Shown here: positions 44,297 to 53,610 of the stretch, piece by piece
Numbering within the stretch: the stretch's first letter is position 1
How the letters are laid out: each line of letters begins with the position of its first letter
Assembly (NCBI GenBank): GCA_963843845.1
Contig: CAWJMB010000006.1
Span: 1-64,000 of the forward strand
Direction of reading: 5' to 3'
Origin: an uncultured Gemmatimonadaceae bacterium
Lineage (GTDB): Bacteria > Gemmatimonadota > Gemmatimonadetes > Gemmatimonadales > Gemmatimonadaceae
DNA length: 64,000 nucleotides
Program-made: the position numbers and the translations under genes
The notes under the pieces: generated by a model
The model's input: only the letters and a program-made list of their open reading frames with translations
What the model was told of the DNA's origin: nothing
Databases searched by the model: none

Positions 44297-45511
44297 TCAG
44301 CGCACGGTGAACGGCACCGCGAGCTGTCTGTCCCCCCACTGCATCCGGATCGTCCCGCCAGTCTCCGTCGCGTCGATCGCGAACGTGAACTGCTCGACGG
44401 GCTGGGCGAGCGACGTCGCGGTGAGCGGAATGCGCGCGAGGTCCTGGTCGGCCGCATACTCGGTGCCCCACTGCTTCGTCTGCCGGTTGACGACGAGCTG
44501 ATAGCCGCTCGCCGTCGGCCATGTCCACAGCGTGTACGTGCCGGCGGGGACGGGCGTACCGCCGATGACGAGATCGCGGGACGTCGAGAGCTGGGTCGCG
44601 CCGTTCGCGCCCGTGCGCCAGATCGCGTTGTACGGCACGAGCGTGCCGCCCCAGACCGTGCGGCCACGGATCGACGGACGGCTGTAGTCGATCCAGAGCT
44701 GCGCAGCGCCGACGGTCGCGCGCACCGTGTCGCGCGGCGACGCCGTACCCATCGCCCCGCGTGCGGCGAACGCCCTCGCGATCGACGCGACGTCCGGCGC
44801 CGCCCCGTCGGCGGTCGCCAGCCGTTCGACCATCACCTTGTTCGTCGTGCGCGAGCCGTCGACGGCGAGGATGCGGCCGGCGGCGTCGGTCGTGAACATC
44901 ACCGGGTCGCCGAAGTAATCCATCGTCGCGGCGCTCGGACTCGTGAACGCGGTCCTGAGCGCGCTCGGCGCGGGCGCACCCGGACGCCACAGCGTCACCG
45001 CACCGTCGCTCCGCCTCGCCGTCCGGAGGTGCATGAGGGCGATCTCGTACATCGCGTACGAGTTGGTGATCGACGGGATCGTGCCGGCGGGGACGGCCGC
45101 GGCGCCGTGCGCGATCGTGTCGGCCGCCGTCGTCACCTCGCTCCACACCGAGTCGCCGCGGAACGTGAGCGTCACGCGCTTCGCCGCGTTCGGGACCGGC
45201 GAGCCGTCGGGACGGCGTGCGCTGTACTCCACGCGGGTGATGCGGCCGGCCGCATCGAGGTCGGCCACGTAGTGCGTCACGACGACCATCGGCGAGCGGT
45301 TGACGATGTCTCCGTCGACGCGGTTCGCGTTGCGTGTGAACCGCTCGACCGCGAGCGTGTCGCTGCCGAGTCGCACGACGAACGCGCCGCCGGCCGCCGC
45401 AGGCATCGCGGCGTCTTTCGTGACGCGCTGGGCAGTGAGCCGAGTCGCCGGGAGCGCGGTCGAGAGCGTCGCGGCGGCGAGCGCGAGGGTGCAGCAGGCG
45501 GGTCGGCGCAT
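44297..45511 (-). CDS. Secreted DUF2911 domain protein
   Basis: SPRDTV..IDYSRPSIRGR..WRTGANGAT..PAGTYTLWT..QWGTEY. Confidence 0.85.
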   Translation of the reverse strand: MRRPACCTLALAAATLSTALPATRLTAQRVTKDAAMPAAAGGAFVVRLGSDTLAVERFTRNANRVDGDIVNRSPMVVVTHYVADLDAAGRITRVEYSARRPDGSPVPNAAKRVTLTFRGDSVWSEVTTAADTIAHGAAAVPAGTIPSITNSYAMYEIALMHLRTARRSDGAVTLWRPGAPAPSALRTAFTSPSAATMDYFGDPVMFTTDAAGRILAVDGSRTTNKVMVERLATADGAAPDVASIARAFAARGAMGTASPRDTVRATVGAAQLWIDYSRPSIRGRTVWGGTLVPYNAIWRTGANGATQLSTSRDLVIGGTPVPAGTYTLWTWPTASGYQLVVNRQTKQWGTEYAADQDLARIPLTATSLAQPVEQFTFAIDATETGGTIRMQWGDRQLAVPFTVR

Positions 45512-45551
45512 GAGCGAGTCGGGAGGAGACGATGGAAGTGCTCGCCGGAAG

Positions 45552-46685
45552 CTACGCCGAACGCGTCGCGCGTCGGAACCAGCTCGCCACGAGGTAGAAC
45601 TCGTCGAGGTCGTGCGTCGGGATGTCGGCGCCCGACGGGTCGGGGCCGTCGTAGATGCGGCGCACGAGTGCGGCGAGCGCCGCCTCCTCGTCCGGTGTCG
45701 TGGGCGCGGGTAGCTCGGCGCGCACCGTGCCGCGGCGGATCAGGTAGATGCGCTCGCTCCCGTCGTGGCCGACGGCGCGGTGCACGAACGACAGTCGGTC
45801 CGCCCCCGCGTGGAAGCGAGCGAGTCGCTCGGCGAGCCACTCGAGTGCGTCGAGCTTCTGCTTCAGCGACCCGGCGCGCTCGAACTGCCACGCGTCGGCG
45901 GCGGCGAGCATCGCGGCACGCAGCGTCTCGACCGGCCGACGCGTCCGCCCCGCAAGGAAGTCGCGGGCATCCGCCGCTCGTGCGGCGTAGTCGGCGGCGT
46001 GCGGCGCGCGCACGCACGGCCCGGCGCAGCCGCCGAGCTCGTAGCGCAGGCAGCTCGGCGCGCGCCCGACCTCTCGCCTGGCCCCGTCCGCGAACCCGAG
46101 CGCCGCGCCGGACAGCTCGCAGTCCCGCACGCCGGTCGCCTCGGCGAGCGCGCGCATCGCCTGGGCGAGCATCGTCACGCGGCGGAACGGGCCATAGAGC
46201 ACCGTCGCCGTCGGGTCGTCGGTCCGCAGCACGAGCCGCAGCCCCGGCACGTCGCCCCCGGTCACGCCGATCCATCCACGCGGCGCCTCGTCGACGTTCA
46301 GCGAGACGTTGAAGCGCGGGCGGTGCCGCTTGATCAGCCGCAGCTCGTGCAGCAGCGCCGCGAACTCGTCGTGCGTGTAGTCCCACTCGATCGCGTGCGC
46401 CATGCGGAGAATGCGCGCCTGCTTGTCGCGCCGCGACCGCCGCCGTGCCGACTGGAAGTAGCTCAGCAGCCGCGTCCGCACGCGCTTCGCCTTCCCGACG
46501 TAGAGCACGAGCCCCGTCGCGCCGAGCATCCGGTAGACGCCCGGCCGGTTCTCCGCGTGCTCGACCACGTGCGCGCGGAGCGCGCGCCGGACCGGGAGGG
46601 GAGCGTTCGCGTACGCGACGTGCCGGATGTCGTCGGGCGCGACAGGAGCGCGGAGCTGCGGTGGGCGGGGAGTACGGCGGGGCAT
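45552..46685 (-). CDS. UvrC-like GIY-YIG endonuclease (N-terminal UvrC/Cho type)
   Basis: PGVYRM..LYVGKAKRVRTRLLSYF, ALLHELRLIKRHRPRFN, Cys cluster, UVR motif; no C-terminal HhH. Confidence 0.85.
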   Translation of the reverse strand: MPRRTPRPPQLRAPVAPDDIRHVAYANAPLPVRRALRAHVVEHAENRPGVYRMLGATGLVLYVGKAKRVRTRLLSYFQSARRRSRRDKQARILRMAHAIEWDYTHDEFAALLHELRLIKRHRPRFNVSLNVDEAPRGWIGVTGGDVPGLRLVLRTDDPTATVLYGPFRRVTMLAQAMRALAEATGVRDCELSGAALGFADGARREVGRAPSCLRYELGGCAGPCVRAPHAADYAARAADARDFLAGRTRRPVETLRAAMLAAADAWQFERAGSLKQKLDALEWLAERLARFHAGADRLSFVHRAVGHDGSERIYLIRRGTVRAELPAPTTPDEEAALAALVRRIYDGPDPSGADIPTHDLDEFYLVASWFRRATRSA

Positions 46686-46800
46686 GGAGGAGCTGGAGAT
46701 ACCCGGATGATGCCCGGATGATGCCCCCCCGCTCCAAGAAAACCGCCCCTCCTCGTCCGCCGTGAGTCCACCCGTATCACCGCCGTCCGTCCGCCGTGTC

Positions 46801-46840
46801 ACCGCGGTCGAACCGCGGTCGAACCGCGGTCGAACCGCGG
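46801..46840. repeat. 11-bp tandem repeat (ACCGCGGTCGA) x3.6
   Basis: Perfect tandem copies giving GAAC-N7-GAAC-N7-GAAC. Confidence 0.85.
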
Positions 46841-46863
46841 ACGAGGAGGGGCGACTTCCTGCG

Positions 46864-48144
46864 CTACGCCAACCGCACCGCATCGCGCCCGCCCGCCTTC
46901 GCCTGGTACAGCGCCTGGTCCGACAGCCGCAGCAGCGCGTCCGCGTCGTCGCCGTCGGTCGGAAACACACTCGCGCCGATGCTGACCGTGATGCACACCT
47001 CGCGGTCGTCGACCACGATCGCCCCGCGTACCGTGTCGCGGAGCTTCTCCCCGAGCGCCGCGACGTCGCGCGCCGTCCGCACGTCGGGCGCGAGGATCAC
47101 GAACTCGTCCCCGCCGAGCCGCGCGACGGTGTCCGCATCGCGCAGTTGCGCCGATAGCCGCGCCGCGACCTGCTGCAGCAGCCGGTCCCCCGCCGCGTGG
47201 CCGAGCGTGTCGTTGATCGTCTTGAAGTGATCGACGTCGAGAAAGAAGAGCGCGAACGGCTGGTCGGTGCGCCGCCCCTGCGCGATCAGCACGCGCAGTC
47301 GGTCGATGAGCAGCAGCCGGTTCGGCAGCCCGGTGAGCGCGTCGTGATACGCCATGTGCTCCGCGCGCTGCGCCGCCTCGAGCGTGCGGCGCTGCTCGCC
47401 CTCGAGCAGCCAGATGACGAGCCCGAGTCCGAGCGCGAAGTTCAGCAGCACCTGCGCGGCCGGGGCGACCGGCAGGAGCAGCGGGAGGCGGTCGAGTCGC
47501 GCCGGGTCGGCCGAACCGTCCTGCAGCTGCTGATACGCTTCGATCCCGCCGAGCACGCCGAGCGCCTCGAACGCGCCGGCGACGAGCCGCTGGCCGAGCG
47601 CCGGTCCGTCGTCGAACGGCGCGAGCCAGCTCGGCCGCCGGTTCGCGAACGCGCGCATCGTCTGCAACCAGAGCAGCACGCCCGTCGCGAGCTGTGCGAC
47701 GCTCGTCAGGGCGAGCATCGTCCCGCCGCGGACGAGGTATCGCTGCACCGTCGCGCCATCGGTCGTCGCGAACGGCAGCATCGTCGCGACGATGAGCGCG
47801 ACGACGGCGACGACGCTCCACCGCAGCGTTCCCTCCGGCCGAACGCGGCGTTCGGCGACCGCGAACGCGCCGAGTGTGAGCCACGCGGCCTTGAGGTACT
47901 CGGCGGCGAGCGCGAGCGCGGTGAGAGCGATGACGCGGCCGTCGGTCGCCGGGCGCGTCGCGGCGAGGGCGGGGTAGGCGGCGCGCGCCAGCAGCTCGAC
48001 CGCGAGCACGATCCAGGCGTACGTCCAGGTCGCGAGGACAGGGTAGCCCATCCGGCGCTGGAACACCCAGAGCACGAGCGCCGTCAGCAGCGCCTGCGCC
48101 AGCTGGATGGCGAGCACGGGCGAGACGGCCGCGTCGGCTCCCAT
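46864..48144 (-). CDS. Multi-TM diguanylate cyclase (GGDEF)
   Basis: About 7 TMs, HDALTGLPNR, DVDHFKTINDTLGH, ARLGGDEF. Confidence 0.9.
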   Translation of the reverse strand: MGADAAVSPVLAIQLAQALLTALVLWVFQRRMGYPVLATWTYAWIVLAVELLARAAYPALAATRPATDGRVIALTALALAAEYLKAAWLTLGAFAVAERRVRPEGTLRWSVVAVVALIVATMLPFATTDGATVQRYLVRGGTMLALTSVAQLATGVLLWLQTMRAFANRRPSWLAPFDDGPALGQRLVAGAFEALGVLGGIEAYQQLQDGSADPARLDRLPLLLPVAPAAQVLLNFALGLGLVIWLLEGEQRRTLEAAQRAEHMAYHDALTGLPNRLLLIDRLRVLIAQGRRTDQPFALFFLDVDHFKTINDTLGHAAGDRLLQQVAARLSAQLRDADTVARLGGDEFVILAPDVRTARDVAALGEKLRDTVRGAIVVDDREVCITVSIGASVFPTDGDDADALLRLSDQALYQAKAGGRDAVRLA

Positions 48145-48295
48145 GCGTACCCTCGTAGGCCCCGCCCGGAACGGTGGGCGCGGTTGGCGACGTGCGGCGT
48201 CGACCGCCGGCCTCCGAGCGGCGTCGCCCGGAGCGCACGTCTCATAGTGACGTCGCTCGGCGCCGCGGAACAGAGCGCGCCGGTCGGTCAGCCCA

Positions 48296-49066
48296 TCATT
48301 GCGACGACGGCGGGGCCCCGGACATCAACTGTGCCGCGTAATCGATCCCACGTGCCGTCCGCGAGCCGTGCCACGACAGCAGCTCGCCGTCGACGTGCAG
48401 AAAGCGGTCTCGCGGTACGCCGCTCTCGGCGGCCAGCTCGTCGGCGTGCGCGTCGCGGAACGGGAACGGCTCGGAGGAGAGCAGCACGAGGTCCGGGTCC
48501 GCCGCGGCCAGCTCCGCAGGCTCGATCGTCGGATAGCGCGTCGTGCGGTCGGCGAAGACGTTCACGCCGCCGGCGTCGTGCAGCATCGCGCTGACGAACG
48601 TGTCGCCGCTCACCGTCATCCACGGACGTCGCCAGATGAGATAGGCCCAGCGCACCGGTGGCGCGCGGCGCGCTGCGGCGGCCGCCGTCGCCCGGGCGAG
48701 CCGCCGCTCGATGTCACGAGCGATCCCGTCGGCAGCGGCCGACGCGTCGAGCGCCGCGCCGACGTCGCGCACCATCGCTGCGGTGTCGGCGGCGTTCTTG
48801 GGAAAGCTCACGTGACAGCGCACGCCGGCCGCCGCGAGCGCCTCGGCGTCCTCGCGCCGGTTCTCCTCTTCGTTCAGCAACACGAGATCGGGCGCGAGCG
48901 CGATGATGCGATCGATCTTCGGGTCCTTCGTTCCGCCGACCGACGGCACGGCGCCGACACGGTCTGCAGGATGGATGCAGAACTTCGTGCGCCCCACGAG
49001 CGCGTCGCCGCGGTCGAGGTCGAAGACCAGCTCGGTGAGACTCGGGCAGAGAGAGACGACGCGCAC
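48296..49066 (-). CDS. Helical-backbone metal/cobalamin-binding protein (BtuF-like)
   Basis: RVVSLCPSLTE, GRTKFCIHP, VGGTKDP, EENRRED, SSEPFPF. Confidence 0.85.
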   Translation of the reverse strand: MRVVSLCPSLTELVFDLDRGDALVGRTKFCIHPADRVGAVPSVGGTKDPKIDRIIALAPDLVLLNEEENRREDAEALAAAGVRCHVSFPKNAADTAAMVRDVGAALDASAAADGIARDIERRLARATAAAAARRAPPVRWAYLIWRRPWMTVSGDTFVSAMLHDAGGVNVFADRTTRYPTIEPAELAAADPDLVLLSSEPFPFRDAHADELAAESGVPRDRFLHVDGELLSWHGSRTARGIDYAAQLMSGAPPSSQ

Positions 49067-49163
49067 GACCGAAAGCTAGCGACTCTCTTGCGGTCGTCGT
49101 CCGGTCACCCCTACCTTCGCGCGCGATTTTCGATCGTACGTCTCGAACCCGTCAAGGACCGTC

Positions 49164-50249
49164 ATGTCTCGCCGCGCTCCGCTCCGCCGCCGCTGGCTCG
49201 CCGCGGCCGCTACCGCTCTCCTCGCACTCGCTCCCGCCGCTGCGGCCGCCCAGCCGTGGAGCTCCATCACGTTCTTCGGCGACAGCTTCTCCGACATGGG
49301 GATGGCCGACGTGCTCTCGGCCATCGTCGGCAACGTCGACCCCACGCCCGAGCCGCCGTACTGGCCCGGCCCGCCGCCGCTGTTCTTTCCGGGCACGGCG
49401 TCGAACGGCCCGACGTGGACCTCGTACTTCGCCAGCGCGCTCGGCCGCCCGAGCGACGCGCTGACCGCGGTGGCGCCGCCGGGGGTTCCGAGCGGCAACA
49501 ACTTCGCGATCTCCGGCGCCCGCACCGGGCTGCTCGGGACGGGCGGCAATCCGATCGGGCTGCAGTCGCAGCTCGCGCTGTTCGCCGGGATCGTGCCGCC
49601 CGGTGTGCCGCTCGCGCTCGCCCCGCGGGCCGTCGATCCGACCGGGTTGTACGTGCTCTGGGCGGGAGTGAACGACCTCCGCGATCTCGCCGACGCGGCG
49701 CCGGTGAACCCGCTGCCGTCGATCCAGTCCGCGGTGGCCAACGTCGCCGGGGCCGCCGCGCAGCTCGCGACGAACGGTGCCCGGTCGTTCCTCATTCCGC
49801 GCGCGCCCAACTCGAGCGTCGTTCCCGAGGTCGCGCTCTCTCCGGCCACGGCCGCCCGCCGGCTCGCCTACACGACGACGTTCAACGTGCTGCTCGACGC
49901 CGCGCTCGCGCAGCTCGCCGCGCAGTTCCCGACGGCGCGCTTCACCACGTTCGACCTCGACCCGCTCTACGGAGCGATCATCGCGGACGCCGCGACCGGC
50001 GGCGCGCGATACGGCATCACGAACGTGTCGGCGCCGTGCTTCCCCGGGTTCGGCGTGCCCGCCAGCGATTGCGACGTGTCGCTGTTCTCGGATGCGCTCC
50101 ATCCGACGACGCGCGCGCACGCGCTCGTCGCGAACGTCGCGCTCGCCGCGGTCGTCCCGGAGCCCGCCACCGTGGCGCTCGTCGGCGGCGGACTGGCTCT
50201 CCTGGCACTCGGCGCGCGGCGCAGGAGGAGCGCCGCGCGCCGAGTGTAG
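49164..50249 (+). CDS. SGNH/GDSL hydrolase with PEP-CTERM sorting signal
   Basis: FGDSFSD, NFAISGA, GVND, DALHPT; VPEPAT + TM + RRRR. Confidence 0.88.
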   Translation: MSRRAPLRRRWLAAAATALLALAPAAAAAQPWSSITFFGDSFSDMGMADVLSAIVGNVDPTPEPPYWPGPPPLFFPGTASNGPTWTSYFASALGRPSDALTAVAPPGVPSGNNFAISGARTGLLGTGGNPIGLQSQLALFAGIVPPGVPLALAPRAVDPTGLYVLWAGVNDLRDLADAAPVNPLPSIQSAVANVAGAAAQLATNGARSFLIPRAPNSSVVPEVALSPATAARRLAYTTTFNVLLDAALAQLAAQFPTARFTTFDLDPLYGAIIADAATGGARYGITNVSAPCFPGFGVPASDCDVSLFSDALHPTTRAHALVANVALAAVVPEPATVALVGGGLALLALGARRRRSAARRV

Positions 50250-50267
50250 CGCACCGAGCGGGGGCGG

Positions 50268-51047
50268 TCAGCGCCCGCGGGCGCCCGCCCTCGCCGAGCC
50301 GCTCTTCGCGGCACTCTTCGTCGCGGCGCTCTTCTTCGCGGCGCTCTTCGTCGGCGCACCAGTCCGCGCCCCGGATGAGCGCGACGCGCCAGTCGATGCC
50401 TTCTTCGCCGTCGACCTGTTCGCCGTCGACCTGTTCGCCGTCGACTTCTTCGCGGCCGATTTCGTCGAGGTCGACTTCTTCGTCGCCTGCTTGGCTGCCG
50501 ACTTCGTCGCGGCTCCCTTCTTCGCGCCGCGCTTCATCGCCGGTGCCGACTCGGCGTTCGCGCGCGCCGTCTCGAGCGCCATCGGGCTCTCCTTCACGAT
50601 GAAGTCGGCCATCGCCTGTTCCTGCTCCAGATTCGCCTGCAACAGGTCGACGACCTGCTGCGCCCCGAGACTTCTCGCGACGGCGATCGCCGAGGTGTAG
50701 CCGGCGATCTCGTAGTGCTCGACGCGCAGGCCGGAGCCGAGGTCGAACGCCTCGAGAATCGGCGCCGAGCCGGCCTCGTCGGACTTGAACTCGTCGTGTT
50801 CCTTGACGATCCCGAGGATGCCCGGACACTTCTCCGCCTTCGCGCGCTCGCCGAGCGCCGCGAACGCCTGCTCGATGTTGCCGATCTGCTGTTCGGTCTC
50901 CGTGTAGTGCTGCTCCAGCCGCTCGCGCATCGGGCCGCCGGACGTCTCGCGAATCATGCCTCGGAGCGCCTTCAGGATCGTACGCTCGGCGAACAGCAGG
51001 TCGCCGAGTTCGTGAAGCAGCAGCTCGGGAATGGACTTGACGGGCAT
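50268..51047 (-). CDS. DUF892/YciF ferritin-like protein with Lys/Ala-rich tail
   Basis: ELGDLLFAE..HYTETEQQ..RVEHYEIAGY..NLEQE; AKKS-type repeats at C-terminus. Confidence 0.85.
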   Translation of the reverse strand: MPVKSIPELLLHELGDLLFAERTILKALRGMIRETSGGPMRERLEQHYTETEQQIGNIEQAFAALGERAKAEKCPGILGIVKEHDEFKSDEAGSAPILEAFDLGSGLRVEHYEIAGYTSAIAVARSLGAQQVVDLLQANLEQEQAMADFIVKESPMALETARANAESAPAMKRGAKKGAATKSAAKQATKKSTSTKSAAKKSTANRSTANRSTAKKASTGASRSSGARTGAPTKSAAKKSAATKSAAKSGSARAGARGR

Positions 51048-51146
51048 GAGCATCTCCTCTGAGGTGGTCGACGTGTCAGCGAGCAAGTGGCAGGTACCAT
51101 GCCGGCTGTCGGTGTCAATCGTCGCACTTTGAACGCATCTCCGGCC

Positions 51147-52130
51147 ATGCCTCGTCCGCACCGCACGCTCCTGGTCGCCGCGGCGACGACGCTCGCGACG
51201 ACGACGCTCGCGGCGCTGACGTCGCGCGCTGTCGTCGCGCATCCCGCGCCGTCGTCATCCGCGTCGATCGACGCGATCTTCCGCGCCTACTCGGCGGCGA
51301 CGCCCTGGTGCGGTGTCGCGGTCGACGCGCCGAACGGCAGGGAATGGCGCGCGTACGGCACGGCCGACCTCGAACACGCGGCACCGCTCGACACGGCGAC
51401 CATCTCCGAGGCCGGCTCGGTGTCGAAGCAGTTCACCGCCGCGTCGATCGCGCTCCTCGCCCTCGACGGGAAGCTGTCGCTCGACGACGACGTGCATCGC
51501 TACGTGCCCGAGTCGCCGGACTCCGGCGCGCGGCTCACGATCCGCCACCTGCCGAACCACACCAGCGGGCTGCGCGACTGGGGCTCGGTGTCGGGGATCA
51601 TCGGCTGGCCGCGCGAGACGCGCGTCTACACGAACGATCTCGCGCTCGACATCATCCGCCGCCAGCGAGCGCTGAACTCCGCGCCGAGCGCGTACTACTC
51701 GTACACGAACAGCGGCTTCTCCCTGCTCGCGATCATCGTCGGGCGCGTGTCGGGGATGCCGCTCGCCCGGTTCACGCGCGAGCGGCGGTTCGTGGCGTTG
51801 GGCATGACGCACACGTCGTGGCGCGACGACTTCCGCCGCGTGGTGCCGCACCGCGCGATCGCGTACTCCGCGCGTCCCGACGCCGCGGGCGGCGGGCTCT
51901 CGCAGGAGATGCCGTGCGAGGACACTTGCGGGCACGGTGGGCTGCTCACGACGCCGGGCGATCTGCTGCGCTGGACCGCGAACCTCGCGACCGGAGGGGC
52001 GACACCTTCGACGCCGACGGCTCGCGCCTGCGTTTCCTGCGCGACGCGGCCGGCCGCGTCACGGCGCTGAGCGTCTCGGAGGCGCGGGTGTGGGACCTGC
52101 GTTTCACGCGCCGCAGTCCTCGACAGGAGC
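51147..52130 (+). pseudogene. Serine hydrolase (beta-lactamase family), internally deleted
   Basis: GSVSKQF and YSYTN present; jumps at ~51995 to the C-terminal LRFLRDAAGRVTALSV..WDLRF segment in another frame. Confidence 0.65.
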
Positions 52131-52134
52131 GCGC

Positions 52135-52413
52135 ATGGCAGAGAGAACCGCACAGTGGATCATCGAGTCGTTCGGCGAGACGACGGTCCGCGTCGAGATC
52201 GACGGAGCCGAGCTGGTCGAGGTCGATCGCGCGCTGATTCCCGACGACGCGCGTGAGGGCGACGTCCTCACCGTCACCGAGCGCCGGGCGGGCGACGACG
52301 TACAGCTCTGCGTCGCGCGCGACCCGCAGGCGACGACCGACGCGCTCGCCGAGTCCGAGGCGCAGCTCGCGGACGCGCCGGTGGACCGGGGCTCGGGGGA
52401 CATCGCGCTGTGA
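52135..52413 (+). CDS. DUF3006 family protein
   Basis: IIESFGE..VDRALIPDDAREGDVL. Confidence 0.7.
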   Translation: MAERTAQWIIESFGETTVRVEIDGAELVEVDRALIPDDAREGDVLTVTERRAGDDVQLCVARDPQATTDALAESEAQLADAPVDRGSGDIAL

Positions 52414-52474
52414 GCGACAGGGGGACCATGGCGCCCTGCTTCGCCCGAAGGGCACGCCCCGCGCTTCCTGGTGC

Positions 52475-53542
52475 CTAACGACTCGTCCCTCCCCGCCGCC
52501 GAGGCGCTGGGTCGTCGTTCCGGCACTCGGCGGCGTTCGAGCGTCGGTCGGACGGGCCGTTCAGGCTCTCGCCGGGACGTTCGGGGGTGACGGTCCACAG
52601 GCGGCCGTTCGCCGCGGGGACACGAATGGTGATCGTCCCGTTCTGGTCGGTGCGGTACCACGGCACGCCGGCCGCGCGGTAGGTCGCCTTCGCCTGCTCG
52701 TGCATGTGACCGTAGTCGTTCCGGGCGGCCAGCGACACGACGACGCGGCGGGGCGACAGGTCGGCCAGGTACTTCGCGGTGACGCCGTTGCAACTGCCGT
52801 GGTGGTCGGCCTTCAGCACGTCGACGTCCATCCCCGGCCGGCGGTCGTAGTCGGTCGCGTCGAACCATCGCAGCTCGTCGTGCTCCGCGTCGCCGGCGAG
52901 CCACATCGAGAACCCCGAGTCCGCGGAGACGAGCTTCACCGCCGTCGAGCGGTTGTTCGGGTCGCGCCCGTTCGGCGGCGGGCGCAGCACCTCGACGCGG
53001 GCGCCGCCACGCATCGTGATCGTGCACACGGCCCGCCCATCGCCGCACGGGTCGTCGCTGTCGCGGTACGTCAGCTCACCACGCCGCGCGCGCGCGAAAA
53101 TCGAGTCGCGGAGGTCGGCGAGCGTCTTGTTCGGCGACGCGTCCTGGTTCTCGAACACGTAGCGGATGCGCAGCCGGCGGCGCGACGCGAACAGCTCGCG
53201 CAGCCCCATGTAGTGATCGCTGTGCGCGTGCGACAGGATGACGAGGTCGATCGTCGTGTCGCGCCCGAGCCCGAGCCGGTCGAGGTGTCTGCCCAGCGCG
53301 CCGCCGTCCGGTCCCCCGTCGATCAGCGCCACGCTGGTCCCGCTCGTGACGAGCGTCGCGTCCCCCTGTCCGACGTCGAGCACGCGCACGACCGTCTCCC
53401 GCGACTCCGACGCGACCCCGATCTCCGGCGGTGCGCCGGCCGTCGTCGTGACGACCGCCTCGCGGCGCGTGCTGCACTGCACGAGCACGATCAGCGCGAC
53501 GATCCCGAGGACGAGCGCGATCAGCAGAGACGTGCGGCGCAT
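52475..53542 (-). CDS. ComEC/Rec2-like metallo-beta-lactamase fold protein
   Basis: LDVGQGDATL, SHAHSDHYMG, LAGDAE, ADHHGS, NDYGH, RTDQNG. Confidence 0.85.
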   Translation of the reverse strand: MRRTSLLIALVLGIVALIVLVQCSTRREAVVTTTAGAPPEIGVASESRETVVRVLDVGQGDATLVTSGTSVALIDGGPDGGALGRHLDRLGLGRDTTIDLVILSHAHSDHYMGLRELFASRRRLRIRYVFENQDASPNKTLADLRDSIFARARRGELTYRDSDDPCGDGRAVCTITMRGGARVEVLRPPPNGRDPNNRSTAVKLVSADSGFSMWLAGDAEHDELRWFDATDYDRRPGMDVDVLKADHHGSCNGVTAKYLADLSPRRVVVSLAARNDYGHMHEQAKATYRAAGVPWYRTDQNGTITIRVPAANGRLWTVTPERPGESLNGPSDRRSNAAECRNDDPAPRRRGGTSR

Positions 53543-53610
53543 AGGGCGGCTCGGTCAGGCGACGGGGTTCCGGTCCAGCGAAACGGGCACCGTGAATGGA
53601 TGCCCTGCCG

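Noticed and set aside
52475..53542. Antibiotic-resistance metallo-beta-lactamase or full ComEC channel
   Set aside because: Motifs (DVGQGD, HHGS, NDYGH) are ComEC-like MBL and the membrane competence domain is absent
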